Assembly: GCA_964534125.1 (NCBI GenBank)
Contig: CAZHOJ010000002.1
Location: 68,696 to 132,695, forward strand
DNA: 64,000 bases
From: an uncultured Ignavibacteriaceae bacterium
GTDB taxonomy: Bacteria > Bacteroidota > Ignavibacteria > UBA10030
Reading direction: 5' to 3'
This document shows positions 18,933 through 28,463 of this stretch, in pieces. How positions within the stretch are numbered: the stretch's first letter is position 1; every line of letters starts with the position of its first letter. A program made the translations under genes and the position numbers. The notes under the pieces are model-generated. The model searched no databases. It worked only from the letters and a program-made list of their open reading frames with translations, and was not told the DNA's origin.

Positions 18933-19741
18933 AACGGCGTATCGTCAAAACAGAGGCCGTCGTTCTGAAACGTATGGACTACCTGGAATCCTCCAGGATC
19001 GTCACGCTGTTCACGGAAGAGGAGGGGAAGATCTCCGTTCTCGCAAAAGGGGCCCGGGCGAAGAACAACCGGTTCGGCTCCTCTCTCGAACCCGGCACGG
19101 TTGTCCAGGTGGTGTATTATACCAGGCCCAGCCGTGAGCTCCAGACACTGACCCAGGCCGACATCGTCGAACGGTCGAGGAAAATGACGGAGTCCATGGC
19201 CACGTTGACCACGGCGCTCCACATGCTCGACCTGGCCCATGCTGTCACGGACACTGGGCACCGGCATCCGGAGGTATATCGTTTGCTTGTGGAAGCGCTG
19301 CGTGCGGTAGGTGCAGGGCAGGGCCGGTTGCCTGCGATACTCCTTGGATACAGGCTGAAGCTGATCCATCTCTCCGGATTGTCGCCCGGATTACACGAAT
19401 GTGTCCGGTGCGGCAGGGTCCTTGTGGTGTCCGGCGAGCGGGCACAGGTGGCGTTCGATGTCCGTGCAGGCGGTGTGTTGTGCTCTTCGTGCGCGGCGGG
19501 CGCGGGCGATGACCGCATGGAGCATCCAGCTGCCGGAGGCGGTAGGATCCGGTTATGGAATGACAGGATCACCGTGCTCAGATCGTTGCTCGAATCTGAT
19601 ATCGGCGCATATTCCGACGACCTGGTCCCTGCGGGATACTGGAACGAACTCGACGGTGTTCTGCGTTCATATGAAAGGTATCACCTGCTGCACAGCAGGA
19701 CCCTGAAGACTGAATCTATGGTCAGAGAATTCATTGTGTAA
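18929..19741 (+). CDS. recO: DNA repair protein RecO
   Basis: OB-fold N-terminus (EAVVLKRMDYLESSRIVTLFT) and C4 zinc motif CVRCG...CSSC. Confidence 0.85.
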   Translation: MKRRIVKTEAVVLKRMDYLESSRIVTLFTEEEGKISVLAKGARAKNNRFGSSLEPGTVVQVVYYTRPSRELQTLTQADIVERSRKMTESMATLTTALHMLDLAHAVTDTGHRHPEVYRLLVEALRAVGAGQGRLPAILLGYRLKLIHLSGLSPGLHECVRCGRVLVVSGERAQVAFDVRAGGVLCSSCAAGAGDDRMEHPAAGGGRIRLWNDRITVLRSLLESDIGAYSDDLVPAGYWNELDGVLRSYERYHLLHSRTLKTESMVREFIV

Positions 19742-19757
19742 CGAAGGAGCAGTTCCC

Positions 19758-21281
19758 ATGTCAACAAAATCGATTCTCATGTCGGTTCTCCTCGTCTCGG
19801 TCGGCATCCTGTTCGGTGTGGTGCTCGTCTCAGGACTGAAGGGAGTGGGTGTCACATTCGCTCAGCCGGATGTCACGCTCGGGTCAGGGAAGCAGCCGGT
19901 CGATCCGCACCCGACCCTCCTGACGATGAATGAGGTCTACAAGTCGATCTCCGACGCCACGACGCCGTCTGTCGTGTACATCACCGTCCGCTCCGAGGCG
20001 AGGGATGACCGGAGCATGGAATTCTTTCATCGGTTCTTTGGGCCGGACACAAGAGTCCCGCAGCAGAGCCCGTCGTTCGGGGCAGGCTCGGGCGTCATTC
20101 TGACGAAGGATGGATACATCCTCACGAACAACCATGTCGTGGAGGATGCCGCAAATGACGGGATCAAGGTCCGCCTCTTCGACACGCGCGAATATCAGGC
20201 GAAGCTCATCGGTCGTGACCGGTACACGGACCTCGCGGTCGTCAAGATCGACGCCGATGACCTTCCAATGGCATACCTCGGGAACTCTGATGATGTCGAG
20301 GTCGGCCATGTGGTGTTTGCGTTCGGCAATCCCCTCGGTCTCACGTCGACGATGACGCAAGGTATCATCAGTGCGCTTGGCCGTCAGATCCGCATCATCG
20401 ACGATGAGAACACCGGCTATGGCATCGAGAATTTCATCCAGACCGATGCGGCGGTGAATCCCGGGAACAGCGGCGGCGCCCTCGTCGACATCACTGGATC
20501 GGTCGTCGGCATCAATACGGCGATCGCCACGACGAATGCGAGGTATCAGGGCTACAGTTTCGCTATCCCCATCAACCTCGCGCGCAAGGTCGCGAACGAC
20601 ATCATCAAGTACGGGACGGTCCGCCGCGGGTTCATCGGCGTCCAGATCCAGACAGTGGATGCTGTGACAGCGAAGGCACAGGGGCTCGGCAAGGCCCGTG
20701 GTGTCATTGTCCAGGGAGTGAACGAGGGGAGCGCGGGCGAGGAGGCAGGACTGAAGCTCGGCGACATCATTCTGAGCGTCGATGGGCGTGAGGTCAACAC
20801 GGCAAACGCCCTGCAGAGCGTCATCGCAAGCCGGTATCCTGGTGAGACTGTGGTACTGAAGGTCTTCCGTGACCGCAAAGAGATCGAGAAGAAGGTCACA
20901 CTGAAGCTCCGTGAGGAAGAGGAGGAGGTCGCGGCATCGGGAGTCGAGGAGACGCCATCTGCGAAACCGGAGCCGTCCCGCACGGAGAAGGCGGAGATCA
21001 AGGACCTCGGCATGACAGTGATCTCTCTGGACAAGGATGCAAAGCAGGCGTACGACACTGAGACCGGGGTCCTGGTCGAGGGAGTCGAGCAGTTCGGGCC
21101 CGCCGGGACGCGTGGGATCGCACGCGGTGATGTCATCCTCTCCGTTGGAGATCGGACGCTCCGCGACCCGAAAGAATTGAGCGGGATCGTCAAGGATATG
21201 GAACCGGGGGACGCAGTCATGTTCCGCGTCAAGCGTGCGGACAAGCGGGTCTACTATATCGCGGTCGAAAAACCGCATTAG
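19758..21281 (+). CDS. htrA: HtrA/DegP-family periplasmic serine protease with two PDZ domains
   Basis: Trypsin-like triad context (H..D..GNSGGAL) followed by two PDZ-like segments; signal anchor at the N-terminus. Confidence 0.9.
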   Translation: MSTKSILMSVLLVSVGILFGVVLVSGLKGVGVTFAQPDVTLGSGKQPVDPHPTLLTMNEVYKSISDATTPSVVYITVRSEARDDRSMEFFHRFFGPDTRVPQQSPSFGAGSGVILTKDGYILTNNHVVEDAANDGIKVRLFDTREYQAKLIGRDRYTDLAVVKIDADDLPMAYLGNSDDVEVGHVVFAFGNPLGLTSTMTQGIISALGRQIRIIDDENTGYGIENFIQTDAAVNPGNSGGALVDITGSVVGINTAIATTNARYQGYSFAIPINLARKVANDIIKYGTVRRGFIGVQIQTVDAVTAKAQGLGKARGVIVQGVNEGSAGEEAGLKLGDIILSVDGREVNTANALQSVIASRYPGETVVLKVFRDRKEIEKKVTLKLREEEEEVAASGVEETPSAKPEPSRTEKAEIKDLGMTVISLDKDAKQAYDTETGVLVEGVEQFGPAGTRGIARGDVILSVGDRTLRDPKELSGIVKDMEPGDAVMFRVKRADKRVYYIAVEKPH

Positions 21282-21305
21282 AAATGGCTTGAATGATTCA
21301 TCCAG

Positions 21306-21337
21306 GCGGCGCGGCACTGTCCGCGCCGTTTTTTTTG
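21306..21337 (+). terminator. Rho-independent terminator after htrA
   Basis: GC-rich hairpin GGCGCGG-cactgt-CCGCGCC followed by T9. Confidence 0.7.
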
Positions 21338-21384
21338 CTTGAAGACGAGCCAGAAGCAGACTACTTTTGGTCTATGACCCTCGA

Positions 21385-22566
21385 ATGGACACAGGCGTGA
21401 TACGGTATCTTACAGCAGGCGAATCTCACGGACAGGCCCTCGTTGGCATCGTCGAAGGCTTGCCTGCCGGTGTGCCTCTCTCAGAGACATATATCAACGA
21501 CCATCTCGCCCGACGGCAGATGGGGTATGGACGGGGCGGACGTATGCGCATCGAGAAGGATGCCGTCCGTATCATATCTGGCGTGCGTCATGGCAGGACG
21601 ATCGGATCTCCAATAGCCCTTCTCATTGAGAACAAGGACCATGAGCGCTGGCTTGCGAGTATGAGCATCGCTCCCGTCAGGGGATGGTCTGAACGTGTCG
21701 AGGTCCCGCGGCCGGGTCATGCAGATTATGCCGGTGCATTGAAGTACGGGTTCGATGATATCCGGAACGTCATAGAAAGGGCGAGCGCGCGGGAGACCGC
21801 CATGCGGGTTGCCTGTTCATGTGTGGCAAAGCGGTTTCTTGAAGAGTGCGGTGTCACCATCGGAAGCCACGTCGTGAGCATCGGCAAGGTCTCCGAAGAA
21901 TCCTCTCCACGAAAGCTCACCACGTTGCGGCGCACAGTCGGACGATACCGGGATGGCTCCTCACTGTCCCGCAGCGCCGACATCTCGGCCGTGCGGATGC
22001 TGACCACCGCTGGCACTCGTGCGGCTACGGCTGAGATCAGGCTGATGAAAAAGCGGGGAGATACGCTCGGCGGGATCTTCGAAGTGCGTGTCTACGGCCT
22101 TCCTGTCGGGCTGGGAAGCTATGTCCACTTCGACAGGAAGCTTGACGGTCTGCTTGCGCAGGCGTTGATGTCTGTCCACGCCATCAAGGGCGTCGAGATC
22201 GGACACGGATTCAGGGCAAGCGCCCAGCCTGGATCTGTCGTCCACGATGCCTTCGGCGTCCGGAGTGGTGGCGTACGCCGCCGGACGAACAACGCCGGTG
22301 GTCTGGAGGGTGGCATGACGAACGGCGAGGTTCTCGTGCTGAGAGCCGCGATGAAGCCCATTTCGACGCTTGCCAGACCCCTTCCATCCGTCAATATTCG
22401 CACGCAGCGTCCGGATCCCGGCCGATATGAACGTTCGGACGTCTGTGCTGTGCCTGCCGCATCTGTCATTGGCGAGTGTGTCGTTGCCCCCGTCCTTGCA
22501 CAATCGCTCCTCGAGAAATATGGTGGCGATTCCCTTCGGGAACTGAAAAAGCGACTTCCTCGGTGA
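21385..22566 (+). CDS. aroC: Chorismate synthase
   Basis: YLTAGESHG N-terminus, G.RSSARETA.RVA and downstream AroC motifs. Confidence 0.9.
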   Translation: MDTGVIRYLTAGESHGQALVGIVEGLPAGVPLSETYINDHLARRQMGYGRGGRMRIEKDAVRIISGVRHGRTIGSPIALLIENKDHERWLASMSIAPVRGWSERVEVPRPGHADYAGALKYGFDDIRNVIERASARETAMRVACSCVAKRFLEECGVTIGSHVVSIGKVSEESSPRKLTTLRRTVGRYRDGSSLSRSADISAVRMLTTAGTRAATAEIRLMKKRGDTLGGIFEVRVYGLPVGLGSYVHFDRKLDGLLAQALMSVHAIKGVEIGHGFRASAQPGSVVHDAFGVRSGGVRRRTNNAGGLEGGMTNGEVLVLRAAMKPISTLARPLPSVNIRTQRPDPGRYERSDVCAVPAASVIGECVVAPVLAQSLLEKYGGDSLRELKKRLPR

Positions 22567-22639
22567 AGCCCCTCCTTGCTTCGCTCCTCACGGCCTCTCA
22601 TTCTTGACTCTCTAGGCGGTATCTCCTATATTTTTTGCA

Positions 22640-22647
22640 TATCTTTG
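22640..22647 (+). promoter_or_regulatory. FCB-type -7 element TATCTTTG (a sigma70-like TTGACT lies at 22601-22606) upstream of the HNH gene
   Basis: Exact TAnnTTTG match in the 195-nt intergenic region. Confidence 0.4.
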
Positions 22648-22649
22648 GG

Positions 22650-22667
22650 ATAGTGCTCAAGCACTAT
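22650..22667. promoter_or_regulatory. Perfect 8-bp inverted repeat ATAGTGCT-ca-AGCACTAT, operator-like, immediately downstream of the -7 element
   Basis: Seen directly; sits at the predicted transcription start of the HNH gene. Confidence 0.4.
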
Positions 22668-22761
22668 TTGAGCCGAAAGCCCTAACCCCCTTAGAAGGAA
22701 ACCTGTCTTCAGCGCTTACGCAGGCGGAAACGGTCACGATACGCTCCATTCCAGCAAGGTA

Positions 22762-23250
22762 TTGGTGCTGAATCATAACTACGAGCCTCTCAGCGTGTGC
22801 AACGTTCGAAAGGCCGTGGTCCTGCTGTGGTTGGGTAAAGCGGAGCTCGTCGCCGCACTTGACGGCAGAAAACTGAGGTCGGTGTCACGGACCATGCCGT
22901 TCCCCAGTATCGTCCGGCTGTCGTTCTACGTACGCGTTCCCTACAAGAAGATCGTCCTTTCCCGCAAGAACATCATTCGCCGGGACGGTCACCAATGCCA
23001 GTATTGTGGCAAGGGTGATGTCACGTTGACCGTCGATCATGTGATCCCGAAGTCCAAGGGAGGTACGGATGCATGGGAGAATCTCGTGGCCGCCTGTGTG
23101 CAGTGTAACAACAGGAAGGGGGACAGGACGCCGTCCGAGGCCGGCATGAAGCTCCGCCGGAAACCGATCCGCCCGAGCCATGTGATGTTCATTAGGCATT
23201 TCGTCGGGATCGTGGACGACAACTGGAAGCCATATCTTTTCATGAACTGA
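22762..23250 (+). CDS. HNH endonuclease-family protein (stand-alone)
   Basis: HNH motif C.YCG....T.DH..P.S.GG...W.NLV..C..CN..K. Confidence 0.8.
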   Translation: MVLNHNYEPLSVCNVRKAVVLLWLGKAELVAALDGRKLRSVSRTMPFPSIVRLSFYVRVPYKKIVLSRKNIIRRDGHQCQYCGKGDVTLTVDHVIPKSKGGTDAWENLVAACVQCNNRKGDRTPSEAGMKLRRKPIRPSHVMFIRHFVGIVDDNWKPYLFMN

Positions 23251-23341
23251 TCGTGCTGCACAGTGTTCCGTTGGTGGACGGTGTGCATACAGGGAGACGA
23301 CTGCACTGACAGCTCCAGGGAAAAAGACTATCCTCAGCGGC

Positions 23342-24292
23342 ATGCGCCCCACTGGTCGCCTTCATATCGGGCACCTCGTTGGAGCGCTCGAGAACTGGGT
23401 CGCGCTTCAGGATGAGTTCCGGAACTACCACCTCATCGCAGACTATCATGCGCTGACGACGAATCCCGACTCGAGAGACCTGGCGCAGAATTCCATCGAA
23501 CTGATGATCGATTGGCTTGCCTCCGGGCTCGATCCGGTGAAGAGCCCGATGTTCAGGCAATCGCAGATCAAACGGCACGCTGAGCTGAACCTGATCTTCG
23601 GCATGCTCATCACGGTGCCCCGCCTCGAGAGAAACCCGAGCCTCAAAGAGCAGGTGAGGGACCTTCATATCGAGACGATGACCTTCGGTCACCTGGGGTA
23701 TCCGGTCCTGCAGGCTGCCGACATCCTCCTGTATAGGGGTGACGTCGTGCCGGTCGGGGAAGACCAGCTGCCGCATATCGAGATCACGAGGGAGATCGCT
23801 CGCAGGTTCAACACGCAGTATGCAGCGGTCTTCCCGGAGCCGGAGGGTCGTGTGACGTCATTCCCGCGGCTTCCGGGACTCGATGGCAAGAAGATGAGCA
23901 AGTCGCTCGAGAACACGATCCTTCTGTCCGATGGGCCGGAGGAGATCGGCACAAAGATGAGGACGGCCATCACGGACCCGCAGAAGGTCCGGCGAAATGA
24001 CCCGGGGCGTCCCGACATCTGTCTCGTCTTTGCGTATCACCAGAAGTTCAATCCGTCAGAGGTCGGGGACATTCGAAGCGGCTGCGAGAGCGGCGCGCTC
24101 GGTTGCGTCGAGTGCAAGAAGACGTGTGCAACGCGTATTGCGGATGCGCTCGGACCCATCCGTGAACGACGGAAACACTACGAAGCACATAGGGGAGACG
24201 TTCTCGATATTCTCGCGGATGGGGAGAAGCGTGCGCGAACGGTCGCCGAGAATACGATGGCAGATGTGCATACTGCGATGGGCATAGGATGA
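23342..24292 (+). CDS. trpS: Tryptophan--tRNA ligase (the true start may lie upstream at the in-frame CTG at 23306, see findings)
   Basis: Class I aaRS HIGH-type motif (RLHIGHLVG) and KMSKS; conserved upstream residues KKTILSG are in frame but lack an ATG/GTG/TTG. Confidence 0.9.
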   Translation: MRPTGRLHIGHLVGALENWVALQDEFRNYHLIADYHALTTNPDSRDLAQNSIELMIDWLASGLDPVKSPMFRQSQIKRHAELNLIFGMLITVPRLERNPSLKEQVRDLHIETMTFGHLGYPVLQAADILLYRGDVVPVGEDQLPHIEITREIARRFNTQYAAVFPEPEGRVTSFPRLPGLDGKKMSKSLENTILLSDGPEEIGTKMRTAITDPQKVRRNDPGRPDICLVFAYHQKFNPSEVGDIRSGCESGALGCVECKKTCATRIADALGPIRERRKHYEAHRGDVLDILADGEKRARTVAENTMADVHTAMGIG

Positions 24293-24299
24293 ACGGCCG

Positions 24300-25031
24300 G
24301 TGCCGAACGAATATTCCATAAAGCTCAACGACTTCGAAGGTCCCCTCGACCTGCTGCTCTTCTTCATCAAGCGGGACGAGCTGGATATCTATGATATCCC
24401 TATCGCACGCATCACGAAGGAGTTCCTCGGGTATGTCAACTTCATGAAAGACCTGGACCTCGAGATCGCTGGGGAGTTCGTTGTGATGGCTGCGGAGCTG
24501 ATGCAGATCAAGGTCAGAATGCTGCTGCCCCCCGAAGGGAATCCCGCGGACGATGAGGACACCGATCCAAGGGCCGACCTCGTGAAGAGGCTCGTCGAGT
24601 ACAAACGCTTCAAGGAGGTCTCAGACGGGATGCGGGTGCTCGAGACGGAGGCCGCGCTTCTGGCGCCTCGCGGGTACCGGTCGGCCGACGAGGTCCGCTA
24701 TCCGCAGGACAGCACAGACGACCTCGTCAAGGACGTCAGTCTGTTCGATCTGATCGGCTCGTTCCAGTTCGCCATCGACAGAATGCCGAAGCGTCAGGTG
24801 CATGAGATCGTCCGTATCAATGTCACCATCGATGAGATGATCGATCATATCCATCAGATCTTCGCCAAACGGTCCGAAATAACCTTCGGCGAGCTGGTGG
24901 CGGAGTTCCGGGACCGGATACGGCTCGTGGTGACGTTCCTTGCCATCCTTGAGGTCGTGCGGTCCCGTGTCATTATCGTGCGGCAGTTCGAGCCCTTCGG
25001 TGAGCTCTCACTTGTCAAGAATGTGGCCTGA
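24300..25031 (+). CDS. scpA: Segregation and condensation protein A
   Basis: N-terminal F.GPLDLLL.LI....LDI..I.I..IT.QFL ScpA signature. Confidence 0.85.
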   Translation: MPNEYSIKLNDFEGPLDLLLFFIKRDELDIYDIPIARITKEFLGYVNFMKDLDLEIAGEFVVMAAELMQIKVRMLLPPEGNPADDEDTDPRADLVKRLVEYKRFKEVSDGMRVLETEAALLAPRGYRSADEVRYPQDSTDDLVKDVSLFDLIGSFQFAIDRMPKRQVHEIVRINVTIDEMIDHIHQIFAKRSEITFGELVAEFRDRIRLVVTFLAILEVVRSRVIIVRQFEPFGELSLVKNVA

Positions 25032-26161
25032 TGCAGGAACGCGTCGACATAGAACAGGAGAAGCAGGACGCAGCCGAGCAGGTGCCCCAGGCGCTTCTCG
25101 TCCCGTCAGGGATGAAGAACCTGGTGGAAGCTCTGGTGTTCGCGGCCTCTGAACCGCTGACGATCCGGCAGCTGAAGGCGATCTATGAGTTCAGCGCTCC
25201 CCAGGGGAGCGGGGAAGAGCGCCACATCGAGTCGGACGATCTGCGTGAGATCATCACGACGCTGAACAGGGAATACGAGCGCGACGACAGGCCGTACAGG
25301 ATCATCCGCATCGCCGGCGGGTACCAGTTCGCGACGCTCCGCGACTATGCAGATTGGCTCGGGAAGCTCCGCCGGGAACAGTCGAGGAAGAAGCTTTCCC
25401 AGTCCGGCATCGAGACCCTGGCCATCATTGCCTACAAGCAGCCGGTCACCAAGGCCGAGGTCGAATCGATCCGGGGTGTCAACTGCGACTATGTCATGAA
25501 GACGCTCCTGGAAAAAGAGCTCGTACGCGTGACGGGCCGGGCTGAAACGGTCGGACGGCCGCTGTTGTACGGAACGTCGAGAGAGTTCCTCGTCCACTTC
25601 GGCCTGAACGAAATCACAGACCTGCCGCGCCCACGGGAGATCGAGGAGATCCTCGGCGAAACGCAGTTCGAGACAGAGCGCCGTATGCTCGAGGCACAGC
25701 AGGCGGCAGACAAGCTGAAAGAAGAAGAGGACTTCAAGTCCCGGCTTCCCCATATCCCGAAGCGTCGGTCGGATCTGGATGACCTCCCCGTGGAACTCTT
25801 CCCGCGCAAACGGCCGACAAGCCTTGAGCTTCGGGATGGCGACGGGCTTCCGTTCGACGACGATGAGGATTCCGGGGAGACAGCCGCGGAGGCAAAAAAA
25901 CCGGAACCATCTGTCCCGGAGCGAAAGCGAATATCTGCATCACCCGTCGTCCCCCGCACCATTTCTGTATCTGCCACGGAACCTGCTTCCGGGCATTCAC
26001 CGCACTCGGCCGAACCCGTCGATCGCCCCCCCGCAACAGCGGAAGGTGTGTCAGCCTCCGGGAAGCCGCTCACGCCTCGATCCGATGACGAGGCTCCCAC
26101 ATCACGGTGGCGATCATGGAAGGAAAAGATCCAGGGCTTCATTCGAAAACTGTTCGATTGA
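25031..26161 (+). CDS. scpB: Segregation and condensation protein B with about 170 aa low-complexity C-terminal extension
   Basis: LVEALVFAASEPL... tandem winged-helix ScpB core in residues 20-200, then a Pro/Ser/Glu/Arg-rich tail. Confidence 0.8.
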   Translation: MQERVDIEQEKQDAAEQVPQALLVPSGMKNLVEALVFAASEPLTIRQLKAIYEFSAPQGSGEERHIESDDLREIITTLNREYERDDRPYRIIRIAGGYQFATLRDYADWLGKLRREQSRKKLSQSGIETLAIIAYKQPVTKAEVESIRGVNCDYVMKTLLEKELVRVTGRAETVGRPLLYGTSREFLVHFGLNEITDLPRPREIEEILGETQFETERRMLEAQQAADKLKEEEDFKSRLPHIPKRRSDLDDLPVELFPRKRPTSLELRDGDGLPFDDDEDSGETAAEAKKPEPSVPERKRISASPVVPRTISVSATEPASGHSPHSAEPVDRPPATAEGVSASGKPLTPRSDDEAPTSRWRSWKEKIQGFIRKLFD

Positions 26162-26904
26162 ATCGGTTCCTGGCGATGGCAGGACTCGGCTCCCGCCGCA
26201 AGATGGACGAATACATCTCCGAAGGCAGGGTCGCGCTCAACGGTTCGCCCGTCCTGTCGCTCGGGGTGCAGGTCCGCCCCGGCAAGGATGTCGTCACGGT
26301 CGATGGCATGACTGTCGAACTCTATCAGCGGGATGTCTATGTCCTGCTCAACAAGCCGAAGGATTGTATCACCACTCTTTCGGATGAGAGGGGAAGGACC
26401 ACCATCCTCGATTACGTCCACGTCAAGCAACGCATCTTCCCAGTCGGCCGACTGGACCGGAACACGACCGGAGTCCTCCTGCTCACGAACGATGGTGAAC
26501 TCACGAACGCGCTGTTGCATCCCCGCGGTGAGATCGAACGGGTCTATTCTGTCACGGTCTCGGAAAAGATACAGGAGACGGACCTGCGGGAGCTTCGGAA
26601 AGGTGTCCGGCTCGAGGATGGCATCGCGCGGCCAAAGGAGATCGTCCGGGTCGATACGAAGAAGGTCATGGTGACGCTCACGGAAGGGCGGAACCGGGAG
26701 GTCCGCCGTATGTTCGAGGCGAAGGGGTATGATGTCAGGCAGCTCGACCGGGTCTCGTATGCCGGAATCACCGCATCGGGTCTGCCCCGCGGTACCTGGC
26801 GATTTCTCACGCGGGACGAGGTGCGCCACCTCAGAAGGGTGAGCGGACGTGAGGAGCGTCCGGAACCCAAACCGAAACTGGCACAACGGCGGAAGAAGAA
26901 ATGA
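26107..26904 (+). CDS. Pseudouridine synthase, RsuA/RluB family, with N-terminal S4 domain
   Basis: S4 motif LNRFLA.AG.GSRR and catalytic GRLD..T.G.LLLTNDG. Confidence 0.85.
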   Translation: MAIMEGKDPGLHSKTVRLNRFLAMAGLGSRRKMDEYISEGRVALNGSPVLSLGVQVRPGKDVVTVDGMTVELYQRDVYVLLNKPKDCITTLSDERGRTTILDYVHVKQRIFPVGRLDRNTTGVLLLTNDGELTNALLHPRGEIERVYSVTVSEKIQETDLRELRKGVRLEDGIARPKEIVRVDTKKVMVTLTEGRNREVRRMFEAKGYDVRQLDRVSYAGITASGLPRGTWRFLTRDEVRHLRRVSGREERPEPKPKLAQRRKKK

Positions 26905-28445
26905 CGGACGGGCGACGACAAAGCGGTATCCTGCTCCATCTCACGTCCCTGCCCGGTCCGTACGGCACGGGTGACCTCGGTGAGACAGCGTACCATTTTA
27001 TCGACTGGCTCATCGCTGCCGGGCAGTCGTGGTGGCAGATGCTGCCGGTGGGGCCCCCGGGCATGGCGAACTCCCCGTATATGTCATTGTCGGCATTCGC
27101 CGGCAGCCCTATGCTCGTCGACATTGGCGGACTCGTCAGGAAGGGATGGCTGTCGGCGAAGGACCTCTCCGATGTCCCGGCTGGCGATTCACATCGTGTT
27201 GCATACGACCGGATCATTCCCTGGCGCGCTTCCATTCTCCGCAAAGCAGCTGATGCATTCTTCGCAGGCAGGGGAGAGCAGGACACGACGGGATTTGATG
27301 AGTTCTGCGGCGACCATGCCGCATGGCTCGACGATTTTGCTCTCTTCAAGGTCCTCAGCGATGCGTATGCCGGAAGACCCTGGTCTCAGTGGCCGGCTGG
27401 GATCCGGTCGAGAACGGCGAACGAGCTTCAGAAGGCACGCGAGGATCATCGCCATGCGATCCGCACACAGCAGTTCGTTCAATGGCGCTTTTATGAGGGA
27501 TGGAAATCTCTCCGTGCGTATGCTGCATCAAAAGGGGTCTCCATCATGGGGGACCTCCCGATCTTCGTCGCGCACAACAGTTCCGACGTGTGGTCACATC
27601 AGGACCTTTTCTTCCTTGACGACAAGGGCGATCCGACGGTCGTTGCAGGGGTCCCCCCGGACTACTTCAGCGTCACAGGGCAGCGCTGGGGCAATCCTCT
27701 GTATCGCTGGGATGTGATGAAGCGGTCGGGCTATGCCTGGTGGAAACAGCGCGTTCGGGCGAGCCTGGAACTGTTCGACCTTGTCCGCATCGACCATTTC
27801 AGGGGCTTCGAGGCGTTCTGGGAGATCCCGGCGGCCGAGAAGACCGCAGTGCACGGCCGATGGGTCCCGGGCCCGGGTATCCCGTTCTTTCGCGCCCTCA
27901 AGCGGGCCATTGGCGAGCTTCCCATCGTTGCGGAGGACCTTGGCGTCATCACTCCTTCGGTCGTGGAGATGCGCGATGCGTTCGGGCTCCCGGGAATGAA
28001 GGTGCTCCAATTCGCATTCGCCGGCGGACCGGAGAACGGCTTCCTTCCGCACAATCACACACCGAATGCGGTCGTCTACACCGGGACGCATGACAACGAT
28101 ACGAGTGTGGGATGGTACGCCGATGCGACCGAGCACGAACGGGACTTCGCGAGGAGGTACTTCCAGACCGACGGCGTGGAGATGAACTGGACGCTCATTC
28201 GTGCGGCGCTCCAATCGGTCGCAACCCTCGCACTCGTCCCGATGCAGGATGTCCTCGGTCTTCCGGGCGTCCACAGGATGAACACGCCGGGTACGACGGA
28301 CGGGAATTGGGAATGGCGATTCACCTGGGATATGGTGCATGACCATCATGCGAAGAGGCTCTATGAGATGACAGCTATCGCGGGAAGATGTCCTGCCGAC
28401 AGGCTGTCCCTTGTGCCATACCCGGCAGGCAAAGTGCAACCGTAG
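26901..28445 (+). CDS. malQ: 4-alpha-glucanotransferase (amylomaltase, GH77)
   Basis: GILLHLTSLPG.YG.GDLG N-terminus and GH77 catalytic segments (DHFRGF, GTHDN). Confidence 0.9.
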   Translation: MTDGRRQSGILLHLTSLPGPYGTGDLGETAYHFIDWLIAAGQSWWQMLPVGPPGMANSPYMSLSAFAGSPMLVDIGGLVRKGWLSAKDLSDVPAGDSHRVAYDRIIPWRASILRKAADAFFAGRGEQDTTGFDEFCGDHAAWLDDFALFKVLSDAYAGRPWSQWPAGIRSRTANELQKAREDHRHAIRTQQFVQWRFYEGWKSLRAYAASKGVSIMGDLPIFVAHNSSDVWSHQDLFFLDDKGDPTVVAGVPPDYFSVTGQRWGNPLYRWDVMKRSGYAWWKQRVRASLELFDLVRIDHFRGFEAFWEIPAAEKTAVHGRWVPGPGIPFFRALKRAIGELPIVAEDLGVITPSVVEMRDAFGLPGMKVLQFAFAGGPENGFLPHNHTPNAVVYTGTHDNDTSVGWYADATEHERDFARRYFQTDGVEMNWTLIRAALQSVATLALVPMQDVLGLPGVHRMNTPGTTDGNWEWRFTWDMVHDHHAKRLYEMTAIAGRCPADRLSLVPYPAGKVQP

Positions 28446-28463
28446 CATGGGGAAAATGGACCG

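Noticed and set aside
19884-21317. 477-aa ORF on the minus strand antisense to htrA. Similar long antisense ORFs lie at 25489-26886, 27594-28988, 31355-32416, 34028-35347, 36136-37524, 39132-40058, 41951-43246, 43298-44665, 44268-46007, 53015-54304 and 54362-55360.
   Set aside because: Each lies entirely opposite a + strand gene with strong, specific protein-family motifs. Their products are Arg/Asp/Pro-rich low-complexity sequences typical of stop-codon-free antisense frames in high-GC DNA.
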